Shown here: positions 55,804 to 64,000 of the stretch, piece by piece
Position numbering within the stretch: position 1 is the stretch's first letter
Layout of the letters: each line of letters opens with the position of its first letter
Assembly: GCA_048941185.1 (NCBI GenBank)
Contig: JBHLNW010000009.1
Coordinates: 5,236 to 69,235, forward strand
DNA from: Promethearchaeota archaeon
Lineage (GTDB): Archaea; Asgardarchaeota; Lokiarchaeia; Sigyniarchaeales; SOKP01
Length of the DNA stretch: 64,000 nt
Direction: 5' to 3'
Position numbers and translations under genes: made by a program
The notes under the pieces: model-generated
Database searches by the model: none
What the model saw: the letters and a program-made list of their open reading frames with translations, nothing else
What the model was told of the DNA's origin: nothing

Positions 55804-57213
55804 CAAATCTAAAAGGCCATCAAAATATTTTTTTTCAATTAAATCCCTTAGTTTTTGTATAAATTTACTATTGATTTTGTGATATGGGAAAGTTTGTATT
55901 AATTTTTTTACTTGAGTTAAGCCTAAATACTTCCTTGTATACTCTGCATCAGAATATTTGTAGGTTGTAAGGAATTCACTGTCTAATTTCTTTCTAAAAA
56001 CTTCTAATGTAAAATTAAAATAATCTTTTAGTAATATCTGTTCACTTATTTTAAGTTCCGGTTGAAAAAATATTTGAATTGGATGTGTCCGATATGTATT
56101 CCCCGAAACATAAATTCCATCGACCCTAAAATCTTCAGTAATTACTCCTAATCCAACTCTTCCATCAAAAGAACCTGTATCAACTGTTCGAACATATAAT
56201 TTGTTCGACTGGATTTTTACTTTTAAATTATCATTAATATGAATATTTAAAATTTTGTATTCATTGTTTTGATAATTATTGGCATCAATTACACGGATCT
56301 CGTTGTTTCCATTATTTTTCAATACTTCTTGCCTTAATAAATAATAATTTATCCCTAAGGGTTTTTGAATATGGTATTTATTAAGGAATTCCTCGAATTC
56401 AAACCCTGTTCGGTATTTAAATTCTGGTTTAAGCATATATCTTTTTTCAATAACTTGATTGTACTTTTTGATTTTAATCCCTTTAAATTCTACATTTTCA
56501 GTTTTCGGAATCTTTTTTCTTTTAAAGAAACCGATACAGATATTGGTTCCAGTATATTCAAATATTTTTATTTCGAATATTATCACTTTTTCGATTTTAT
56601 AGCATTTAAGGAAATCAAAACGAAATTTATTTGAAACAGAAGCACCATATAAGAAATTTGATGGAATAATATAAATTAGATGCTTTATATCATTTCTTAA
56701 ATCATTTATCATAGCAATTTGGTATAAATCTTGATAACCTTCATTTTTGTTCTTAAAAAGTTCTAAGTATTTTTGAGTCTCTTTATGCTTTCTAATATAT
56801 CCTAAATATAAATATGGGGGATTAGTAATGTGAACTAAAGGAAAGCTTGTATCTTTCAAAAATCTAGGAAAGTTGTCTAAATTATTTCGTATTTGAATAT
56901 TTTTTTTAGCAATTTCTGTGGGTATACCATAATTTTTAGCATTAATAAGACATTTTTGTACCATTTCTGGCTGAACATCAAATAAATAAATATGTTCTCT
57001 AAAAAATTCAATTCTTTTTTCAACTGAAATCGAGCTTAGGACAGGTAAAATTAAATTACCCTCTCCAGCATATAAATCAATCCAGATATATTCCCATAAT
57101 TTCTCTTCTATTTCAGGAAAAATATATTTTAAAAAAATATCTCTGGAGGTTAAATGAACACCTAAAGATCTTCGATGTTTATTCTCTTTAATATCCTCTG
57201 TCTTATTTCCCAT
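55774..57213 (-). CDS. gamma-class N6-adenine DNA methyltransferase-like protein, solitary
   Basis: LGVHLTSRDIFLKYIF (xxTPxxI-like, degenerate), motif I IDLYAGEGNL, motif IV ITNPPYLYLG. The large C-terminal region is of unknown type. The 3' end overlaps the convergent prenyltransferase gene by 30 nt. Confidence 0.6.
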   Translation of the reverse strand: MGNKTEDIKENKHRRSLGVHLTSRDIFLKYIFPEIEEKLWEYIWIDLYAGEGNLILPVLSSISVEKRIEFFREHIYLFDVQPEMVQKCLINAKNYGIPTEIAKKNIQIRNNLDNFPRFLKDTSFPLVHITNPPYLYLGYIRKHKETQKYLELFKNKNEGYQDLYQIAMINDLRNDIKHLIYIIPSNFLYGASVSNKFRFDFLKCYKIEKVIIFEIKIFEYTGTNICIGFFKRKKIPKTENVEFKGIKIKKYNQVIEKRYMLKPEFKYRTGFEFEEFLNKYHIQKPLGINYYLLRQEVLKNNGNNEIRVIDANNYQNNEYKILNIHINDNLKVKIQSNKLYVRTVDTGSFDGRVGLGVITEDFRVDGIYVSGNTYRTHPIQIFFQPELKISEQILLKDYFNFTLEVFRKKLDSEFLTTYKYSDAEYTRKYLGLTQVKKLIQTFPYHKINSKFIQKLRDLIEKKYFDGLLDLLNASKDESN

Positions 57214-57276
57214 ATGAATTTGACTCTCTAATACATACAGATACTTTTATTAATAACCTAAGCTCAATATAAGTTT

Positions 57277-59520
57277 ATGATTGATTGGATTATAATGATA
57301 TTTTTTCAGCTTTATACTTTAGGGTATCTAAACCTTGAACAAATTTTCATTACAAATTTGCTATTATTAGTAATATTCCGTGGATTATACATCATTGCAT
57401 ACTATTTTAACTACCATAAAGATCGTAATGAGGAATTGGGAGAAACAATAAAGCTATTTACTAAAAATGAGAAAATTTACTTTACCATTAAACAAATTTC
57501 AATAATTCTTTTTGGAATGATCCTTTCCCCAATTACAATTTTTATTTGTTTTTATTCGCTTTTAGTTAGTAGCAACTTTATTAAACAAATTGGAGAAAAT
57601 CTTAGATTAAAACTAATTATAATTTTAGCAAGATTAATCAATATTTTTGCTCCTTTAATAGGAATTATTTGGTTTCTCTTAATCGAAATAAATTATTATT
57701 CAATCGCAGCAGTCGCAATCAGTTTATTAGCCTATTTACATTATGGTTTAAAAAATTCTACTCTTTCATTACCTAAATTAATAGAAAAATATAATAAACG
57801 ACATTTTAATAAATTCCCAAAAGCAGCTCAAATTTTTGTCATGTTCATATTAGTTGCCGCCCCTACTACAATTCTCTCTTTATCTGCAGCTTATGCCCCT
57901 CCGGATAAAAAGACTTACATGGTTGAAATGAGAGACGGAATAAGATTAGCTACTGATGTTTATCTAGCTCCTGGTTCATTTGGTGCTCCTAGACCAGTTA
58001 TTCTAATTAGGACCCCATACAATAAAAATGAAATGGATATTTACAGAACTTTTTACTCCACGCAGGATTATCATTTAGTTATGCAAGATTTGAGAGGAAC
58101 TTATGATTCTGAAGGTGGAGCTAAATTCTTGATATTTTCAAAATCATATCAAGATGGTGTCGATACTATTAATTGGATTATGGATCAAAGTTGGTGTAAT
58201 GGTAAAATAGCAAGTGCTGGGGCTTCAGCTCTCTGTATTAATCAATATTTCTATGCAGGAATGAATCCAGAAGGATTAGTAGCTCAACAATTATGGTTTG
58301 GAACACCAGAATTATTTGATCATGCTATATATCAAGGTTCTTATCATAAATCTTTAGTTGAAACCTGGATAGAAGGTGTCGCCCCGGATAACTTTGAACA
58401 CCATATGAATACCATATTTAGTTTATTTCCAAAAAATGAAATTTTATATAACTCAACATCCTTATCAATTCCTATTGGACCATATTATTCAAATGTTTCT
58501 GTAGCAGGAATTCATGTGGGGGGATGGTATGACCACTTTCTACAAGGAACTATAGATGGTTTTGTAGGATATGATGATTATGGAGCAGTCAGTGCGCGTG
58601 GAAAACAAAAATTAATAATGGGTCCATGGACACATGTTAATTTGTTTGATTCAACTAAACAAGGTGAATTGACATATCCAAAAAATTCGAGAGGATTTGA
58701 TTTGGCATTTAGTTGGGAACAAGAAGTTTTTGATTACGCTCTTTTAGGTAAACCTACAAATTGGGATGGAGCTAGAGTTGCTTATTATCTAATGGGTGAT
58801 GTGAATACTTCTTCAGAAAATTGGAATTATTGGAGATATGCATACGATTGGCCACTTGACTATGTTGACGAGAAGTGGTATTTCACCTCTGCAAATGGTT
58901 TAATCAACAGTTCTCTTCCACTAATAAATAAAAATTTCAGTTATCTATATGACCCTCGAGATCCAGTACCAAACAGAGGTGGACAAAATGAACCATTCGA
59001 TCTTGAAGGTCCATATGATCAAAGATCTATTGAAAATAGATCTGATGTGTTAATTTTTGAAACTTCAGAGTTAATTAATGCTGTAGAAATTGTAGGAAGA
59101 ATTTGGGGTAATTTATATATAACTTCAAACTGCACAGATACAGATTTCACAGTTAAATTGACAGATGTCTATCCAAATGGGCGTTCAATGTTAATAACTG
59201 ACGGATCTTTAACAGTTAGATCAAGATATAATTATACTACAGATGTGTTTATGACTGGAAACCCGTTTAAAGTATACAATCTTACGGTGGATTGTTGGTC
59301 TACTGCCTATGTATTCGCTCCAGGACATAAAATTCGAGTAGCAATCTCGAGTTCAAATTATGCACGTTTTGCAGCAAACCCAAACACTGGTGCTCCTATA
59401 GCAACTAACTATTTGAAATATAATATAGCAAACAATACTTTACTTACAGGCCCAGATTACCCCTCATGTATAATCTTACCACGGTTAGTTAACATGAGCA
59501 GTACACACGTTTCTTTTTAA
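57277..59520 (+). CDS. membrane-anchored CocE/NonD (X-Pro dipeptidyl-peptidase S15) family hydrolase
   Basis: About 200 aa of TM helices, then MRDGIRLATDVYLAPG...RPVILIRTPYNK, GKIASAGASALC (nucleophile region), and a C-terminal beta-sandwich region (VEIVGRIWGNLYITSNCTDTDFTVKLTDVYPNGRS). Confidence 0.75.
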   Translation: MIDWIIMIFFQLYTLGYLNLEQIFITNLLLLVIFRGLYIIAYYFNYHKDRNEELGETIKLFTKNEKIYFTIKQISIILFGMILSPITIFICFYSLLVSSNFIKQIGENLRLKLIIILARLINIFAPLIGIIWFLLIEINYYSIAAVAISLLAYLHYGLKNSTLSLPKLIEKYNKRHFNKFPKAAQIFVMFILVAAPTTILSLSAAYAPPDKKTYMVEMRDGIRLATDVYLAPGSFGAPRPVILIRTPYNKNEMDIYRTFYSTQDYHLVMQDLRGTYDSEGGAKFLIFSKSYQDGVDTINWIMDQSWCNGKIASAGASALCINQYFYAGMNPEGLVAQQLWFGTPELFDHAIYQGSYHKSLVETWIEGVAPDNFEHHMNTIFSLFPKNEILYNSTSLSIPIGPYYSNVSVAGIHVGGWYDHFLQGTIDGFVGYDDYGAVSARGKQKLIMGPWTHVNLFDSTKQGELTYPKNSRGFDLAFSWEQEVFDYALLGKPTNWDGARVAYYLMGDVNTSSENWNYWRYAYDWPLDYVDEKWYFTSANGLINSSLPLINKNFSYLYDPRDPVPNRGGQNEPFDLEGPYDQRSIENRSDVLIFETSELINAVEIVGRIWGNLYITSNCTDTDFTVKLTDVYPNGRSMLITDGSLTVRSRYNYTTDVFMTGNPFKVYNLTVDCWSTAYVFAPGHKIRVAISSSNYARFAANPNTGAPIATNYLKYNIANNTLLTGPDYPSCIILPRLVNMSSTHVSF

Positions 59521-59591
59521 TTACTGTATTCAAATTTCTTTTTTTATTATAAAAATTAAATAAAAAGCAAAAAAAAATTCATTAATTATTT

Positions 59592-60641
59592 CTATTTTTT
59601 ATATCTTTCAGCTTTATAGATTTTGTAGAAGTCTTCAATTGTACTAAGAGTTACTAATGCTATAATTAAACCAGCAATTCCTCTGAAAATTCCATAAAAT
59701 TCCGGTGCAAGTCCTATATTTACAAGAGGGTCCCCAAGCTCGTTAACAACCAGTATTGGAAAGATTTCCGGTCGATTCATCATCAGTATTACAACTGAAA
59801 TTGAAGCAAGCTTAATACCTATAGTAATACCATGTATAATCTGATGTGCAAAAAATTGGCGATTTCCTATAAGTCCTCGACTTAAATCTAAGATTCCTTC
59901 AATCAAAATAAACATACCAGCGAATCGAAGGTATAAAAGAAACACGGGGTCAATTAAACTAGTTACAGTAGGGATTGGCTGTGCTATAAAGAAAATTCCA
60001 ATCATAATTACAATTGCTCCACCAATAATTTCTCCTACTGGCTTCACAAATGGTTTTGTAGGTCTTTTCTTTATCTCGGAAATTGGGATTCCTTCCTCAC
60101 GAGCCCGTTCAAGCTCTTGTCTATACTTTTCACGTTCCTTTTTGGACTTAAAATCCTCAGGAAAATATCCTTCCATTGACAACGCAACGAATATAATGGT
60201 TATTATTGCAAATGCAGAAAGACATCCAATTTGTATTCCTGAAATAATACCACCGATTAATTCACCAAAATCGACATTTCCAAATATGAAATTTACTACT
60301 TGGGTTATTATAGAAATTCCAATTATTACAGAGAACACAATAACTAAAACTTTAACAAAAACGGGCCACATTTCTTCAGTAATATAGAATTTTGGCGTAC
60401 CTCGACGCTTATATTCCTTCGCAATACTGCTTGGGGTTCCCATATGGGTAATTGCCCTCCTCACTGTTTCTAATGTAGGTTGTCCTGTTTCTGATAATTC
60501 TTTTGCCTTACTCCATATATGTTCTTCAAGTTCAGCTAAAATCTCTTTATGTTCTTTTTTATCTTTCAACCATTCTGGTAGCTTTGATTTTACTTCCTTC
60601 AAAAATTCTTTTATTACATTGTTTATTTCTTTTTCACTCAT
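59592..60641 (-). CDS. DUF1700-type N-terminal helical domain fused to a multi-TM domain (PadR-associated membrane sensor candidate)
   Basis: IKEFLKEVKSKLPEWLKDKKEHKEILAELEEHIWSKAKE...MGTPSSIAKEY matches the DUF1700 pattern (L..L....R.EIL.D.EEH....G.P..IA.EY). It is followed by ~6 TM helices, and its start overlaps the PadR gene stop. Confidence 0.6.
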   Translation of the reverse strand: MSEKEINNVIKEFLKEVKSKLPEWLKDKKEHKEILAELEEHIWSKAKELSETGQPTLETVRRAITHMGTPSSIAKEYKRRGTPKFYITEEMWPVFVKVLVIVFSVIIGISIITQVVNFIFGNVDFGELIGGIISGIQIGCLSAFAIITIIFVALSMEGYFPEDFKSKKEREKYRQELERAREEGIPISEIKKRPTKPFVKPVGEIIGGAIVIMIGIFFIAQPIPTVTSLIDPVFLLYLRFAGMFILIEGILDLSRGLIGNRQFFAHQIIHGITIGIKLASISVVILMMNRPEIFPILVVNELGDPLVNIGLAPEFYGIFRGIAGLIIALVTLSTIEDFYKIYKAERYKK

Positions 60642-61176
60642 TTTTTAAACCTCTTTCTTTTAATTCTTTTTCAATATTATGTCCACATACATCACAAAAG
60701 CGAAGATCTAAATTTGTAAGTTCGATTTTGTTAGCACACATAGGACAAAAGAAATATTTTTCAGATTTTAAGTTAATGTTTATATCAAATAAGGGTCCTA
60801 TAGCTTCGGTTAACTTGCTATAAAAACCTGCAAGGTGATTAAAAATTTTCTGACCATACTCAGTAACTGTGTAAAATTTTCTTCTTCTTCCTGATTCTTC
60901 TCTTCTAGATTTTATTATATGATCATCCTCTAATTTTCTTAAAATGGGATAAAGAGTTCCCTCTTCAATTACCAACATATCACTGGTTTTTTCCTCTAAA
61001 TCTTTCAAAATTTGGTATCCATGCGAACCTTTTTCACCTGCTTGAATAATTATTGATAAAATGCACAGTGAACTTATACCTCTATTGATCTCCGTTTCTT
61101 GTTTTTCAACAAATTCTCTGAAATCTTTCGAAGCTATCAATGCACTTGGATCTAACTCTCTTACACGTTTTATCAT
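60634..61176 (-). CDS. PadR-family transcriptional regulator with a C-terminal zinc ribbon
   Basis: SHGYQILKDLEEKT....EEGTLYPILRKLEDDHIIKS...RRRKFYTVTEYG is the PadR wHTH signature. The C-terminus is FFCPMCANKIELTNLDLRFCDVCG. Confidence 0.8.
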   Translation of the reverse strand: MIKRVRELDPSALIASKDFREFVEKQETEINRGISSLCILSIIIQAGEKGSHGYQILKDLEEKTSDMLVIEEGTLYPILRKLEDDHIIKSRREESGRRRKFYTVTEYGQKIFNHLAGFYSKLTEAIGPLFDININLKSEKYFFCPMCANKIELTNLDLRFCDVCGHNIEKELKERGLKNE

Positions 61177-62093
61177 TTCAATATCACTCCTTTTTTTATT
61201 TTGATATGATTAATACTTATTTTATATTGTTTAGATAAAGAATTTTTGGGCTGAGGTGAATCTTTCTCTTCGGTGTAGTCAGAATTAGTCTTTTTTATTT
61301 TTGATTCGGCTATTCTCAAGGTAATTATAGCAATAAGAAATGTCACTATAACATATGGATTAGTTGATTGATAAATAAAAATACTTATCACAATTAGAGA
61401 ACTGTGAGCAAACATCGCACTTAACAAATTTCTGTTTGATAAGTTATAAACTGAATCAATGATAAGAGAATGACTCAACATCAGTAAATAGGAATAAAGA
61501 GTTACATTTATACCATTTGCAATATTAATAGGTTGATGCCATATCCACCAGTAAGTTCCTAATAATAGACTACCTATCTCTCTACCTAATCTTCTTTGTA
61601 ATTCACCTAATGCATACCCTCTCCAACACGGTTCTTCAAAAAACGGGCTTGAAAGTAAACCAGTAAAGAAAAGCAATGGAATTAGACCTATTAAACCAAA
61701 ACCAAATGACTCTAAACTTTCAAGTCTGAAAATATTAAAGTCTACTTCATTCCTGCTAATAAAACTAATAAAATTTCCTATAATTGTTAACAATGGAAGG
61801 AGCACCGCAGCTGGTACTAGCCAAATTGATCTTTCTCCTTTCAATCGTATACTGTCAAATATTTCTTTTACTTTCATGGATCCCTTTGATAATCTATTTA
61901 ATACAAATAGCGAAATTAATGGTCCTAACGCTCCAATTGATTGTCCTATGATGATTGGTATTTCAAATTCTATGATATTTAATCGATTCAATGCCATTGG
62001 TATCCAAATTGACCAACTGATAACAAGTGTCATTAATAAGAATTTTAATATCATATATCCATCATATTTATTTCTCAAGCTTACAGCCTTCAT
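61173..62093 (-). CDS. CPBP-family intramembrane glutamic endopeptidase (CAAX protease-like)
   Basis: FFEEPCWRGY (EExxxR motif), the later FAHS histidine motif, and ~8 TM. There is a 4-nt overlap (ATGA) with the PadR gene. Confidence 0.75.
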   Translation of the reverse strand: MKAVSLRNKYDGYMILKFLLMTLVISWSIWIPMALNRLNIIEFEIPIIIGQSIGALGPLISLFVLNRLSKGSMKVKEIFDSIRLKGERSIWLVPAAVLLPLLTIIGNFISFISRNEVDFNIFRLESLESFGFGLIGLIPLLFFTGLLSSPFFEEPCWRGYALGELQRRLGREIGSLLLGTYWWIWHQPINIANGINVTLYSYLLMLSHSLIIDSVYNLSNRNLLSAMFAHSSLIVISIFIYQSTNPYVIVTFLIAIITLRIAESKIKKTNSDYTEEKDSPQPKNSLSKQYKISINHIKIKKGVILK

Positions 62094-62261
62094 TTCTTTA
62101 TTTTACAATATTTTATATTATAGTATTCTACGAATACTATATAGTGAATAGTATTTAAAGTTTACTATCACTTCCAAGTAATCTTTTTTTAAAAAATATA
62201 TATTTCCCCTCCTTTTACTTATTAAAACCCCAATTATTAGAATTAGTAATTAAAGTTAGAA

Positions 62262-63767
62262 ATGCATGACAAAAATATTCCTGTTATAGTCGGAGCAGGT
62301 CAAATAACTCAAAAAAAAAATATCGATATACCACTTGACCCACTTAGTTTGATTGTCCAAGCATGTCAGAATGCTATTAATATGTCTAATGTAAAAAACT
62401 TGCGAAATATGATTGACACGATATTTATGTCAACCATCTCAAGCTGGATTTATGATGACCCTCCAACTCGACTAAGTACCCTTCTTGATATAAAACCAAC
62501 CAAAAAATACTCTGCTCCCATAAGTGGTAATATGCCTCAATTTTTAGTGAATAAAGCGGCTAAAGCGATTTCATTAGGAGAAAGCAAAGCAGTTCTCATT
62601 GCTGGAGGTGAAGCATCCTATTCTAAATATCGCTCTAAAAAAGGGCAAATAACGCTTAATTGGCCAAAAATTCCACCAGGAGCAATAAATGAAGCTCGTA
62701 AAGCAGTCATTTATTATTTAAGTCAGTTTGAAAATGAATATAGGTTAACTAATCCCCCATATATATATGCTTTAATTGAGACGGCTTTAAGAGCCGCATC
62801 AGGTAGAACTCTGCATGAACACTTGGAATACATTGGTAAACATTATGAAAGATTTTCAAAAATAGCATCAGAAAATCCTTATGCTTGGGAAAGAAATCCA
62901 TATTTAGCTGATGAGATAACCACACCCAGTCCCGAAAATCGTAAAATTTGCCATCCATACACTAAACGCATGGTTGCTAATCTATACGTAGATCAAGCAG
63001 CTTCAATAGTTATTACCTCCGAAGAACTCGCAAATGATATTGGTATCAATCGAAAATTTTGGGTTTACCCTATGGGAGGTGTAGACCTTAAAAATATTTT
63101 TTATTTGTCTCAACGTCCAAAATTGTATGATTCACCAGCAATTAGAGAAGGTTCACATTTAGTTTTAAACCAAGCGGGTCTCAAACTGGAAGATATAAAT
63201 GCTTTTGATCTTTATAGTTGTTTTCCGTGTATGGTTGAAATTGCTAAAAGAGAAATTGGTATTGCTGAAGACGATCCACGTGATTTGACTATAACTGGAG
63301 GACTTTCCTTTTTTGGGGGTCCTTTCAGTAGTTATTCAATGCATTCAATTGTTTCAGCAGTTAATCTTATTCAAAAAAATCCTCCGATGAAAATTATGGT
63401 GTTAGCGAACGGAGGATATAACACAGTACAATCTTTTGGTATTTATGGTGATGAGCCTCCTGCTAAAATATGGAACGAAAACGATTATGAAAAGGTCCAA
63501 CACTCAATTAATGCAAAATTATTGTCAAAACCAGTCGAAGAAGCAACTGGTAGTTTCACAGTAGAAGCTTATACAATTGTTTATGATAGAAAAGGTTTAC
63601 CTGAATTTGGTATTGCAATTGGACATTTAAAAACTAGTGAACGTACATTTGCTTTAATCTTGACTGATTTGAAAACATTTATGAAACTAGAACAAGAAGA
63701 ACTCGTAGGTCAAACCTTTTCTATTGAATATGATACAAAATTGAAACATAATAAGCTTTTAATCTAG
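62262..63767 (+). CDS. thiolase-like protein (long, ~500 aa type)
   Basis: IPVIVGAGQITQKK and the thiolase-fold C-terminal blocks (FDLYSCFPCMVEIAKREIGI, ITGGLSFFGGPFSSYSMHSIV), plus an extra C-terminal domain. Confidence 0.6.
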   Translation: MHDKNIPVIVGAGQITQKKNIDIPLDPLSLIVQACQNAINMSNVKNLRNMIDTIFMSTISSWIYDDPPTRLSTLLDIKPTKKYSAPISGNMPQFLVNKAAKAISLGESKAVLIAGGEASYSKYRSKKGQITLNWPKIPPGAINEARKAVIYYLSQFENEYRLTNPPYIYALIETALRAASGRTLHEHLEYIGKHYERFSKIASENPYAWERNPYLADEITTPSPENRKICHPYTKRMVANLYVDQAASIVITSEELANDIGINRKFWVYPMGGVDLKNIFYLSQRPKLYDSPAIREGSHLVLNQAGLKLEDINAFDLYSCFPCMVEIAKREIGIAEDDPRDLTITGGLSFFGGPFSSYSMHSIVSAVNLIQKNPPMKIMVLANGGYNTVQSFGIYGDEPPAKIWNENDYEKVQHSINAKLLSKPVEEATGSFTVEAYTIVYDRKGLPEFGIAIGHLKTSERTFALILTDLKTFMKLEQEELVGQTFSIEYDTKLKHNKLLI

Positions 63768-63893
63768 CCAACGAGCTTTTCATTTTTTATTTTTTAAAAT
63801 AATTATTATATTTTATATCCTTAAATGTAAAAAATCAATAAATTGAAAACTAAAAAAATAAAAAGACCTAATTCATAAAAATATTAAAGGAGA

Positions 63894-63943
63894 CGGGTTA
63901 AGAATAATTTGAATTCAGTTTCCGGGTAAGAATAAATTTAATA
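63894..63943 (+). repeat. imperfect ~21-nt direct repeat upstream of a gene starting at 63985
   Basis: cgggttaagaataatttgaatt (63894-63915) and cgggtaagaataaatttaata (63923-63943), 42-90 nt upstream of ATGGGCCAAAAA at 63985. Confidence 0.3.
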
Positions 63944-64000
63944 CGAGTGGAATGTTAATAAAATAATAATAAGGATAGTATAAAATGGGCCAAAAAAATT

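Noticed and set aside
1-64000. Selenoprotein genes (in-frame TGA) expected near the Sec machinery
   Set aside because: I looked for adjacent same-strand, same-frame ORF pairs separated by a single TGA and for conserved families known to contain Sec; none is evident in this window. The TGA at 26642-44 is followed by another stop in the same frame (AGHSSL then stop), and the downstream CxxC lies in a different frame.

Overview
Visibly AT-rich archaeal chromosomal segment, densely coding on both strands, with about 70 supportable genes and no CRISPR array, rRNA or recognisable mobile element. Core archaeal genes are the uL11-uL1-P0-P1 operon, SecY, a DUF106 (YidC/Oxa1/EMC3-type) insertase, eL34-cmk...eL14, and uS2. 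There are three tRNA genes: a tRNA-Sec with the 9/4 fold sits immediately upstream of SepSecS; a putative tRNA-Ile(UAU) carries three insertions; and tRNA-Ser(GGA) carries two. A convincing Vps28 (ESCRT-I) homologue, the Sec machinery and an ether-lipid gene cluster (polyprenol kinase-like, GGR, GGGPS, DGGGPS) suggest an Asgard (Loki-like) archaeon; this is inference from gene content only. The rest is metabolism and accessory functions: shikimate genes aroD/aroK/aroE, Adk, Tmk, a Nudix-NMNAT fusion, RtcA, GH57, an IolD-like TPP enzyme, IlvD/Edd, Gfo/Idh/MocA oxidoreductases, M28 peptidases, two solitary N6-adenine methyltransferases, a radical-SAM/DUF4130 pair, and a CPBP-PadR-DUF1700 operon. 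Most interesting candidates, in order: (1) three tandem paralogues whose N-terminal half has LITAF/SIMPLE-like architecture (CxxC, hydrophobic stretch, CxxC) plus a C-terminal zinc ribbon; (2) a three-gene cassette of two paralogous ~138-aa coiled-coil proteins plus an alpha/beta-domain protein with two MIT-like helical repeats; (3) multi-intron tRNAs, including a possible tRNA-Ile(UAU); (4) conserved genes (eL34, a gamma-CA-like LbH protein, possibly a methyltransferase) that lack any canonical start codon and appear to begin at ATT 6-7 nt after a GGT(GA) Shine-Dalgarno-like motif; (5) a beta-helix/TM/7xWD40 receptor-like protein inserted into the conserved eL34-cmk-eL14 string. All functional calls come from motif recognition by eye, and no database search was possible.
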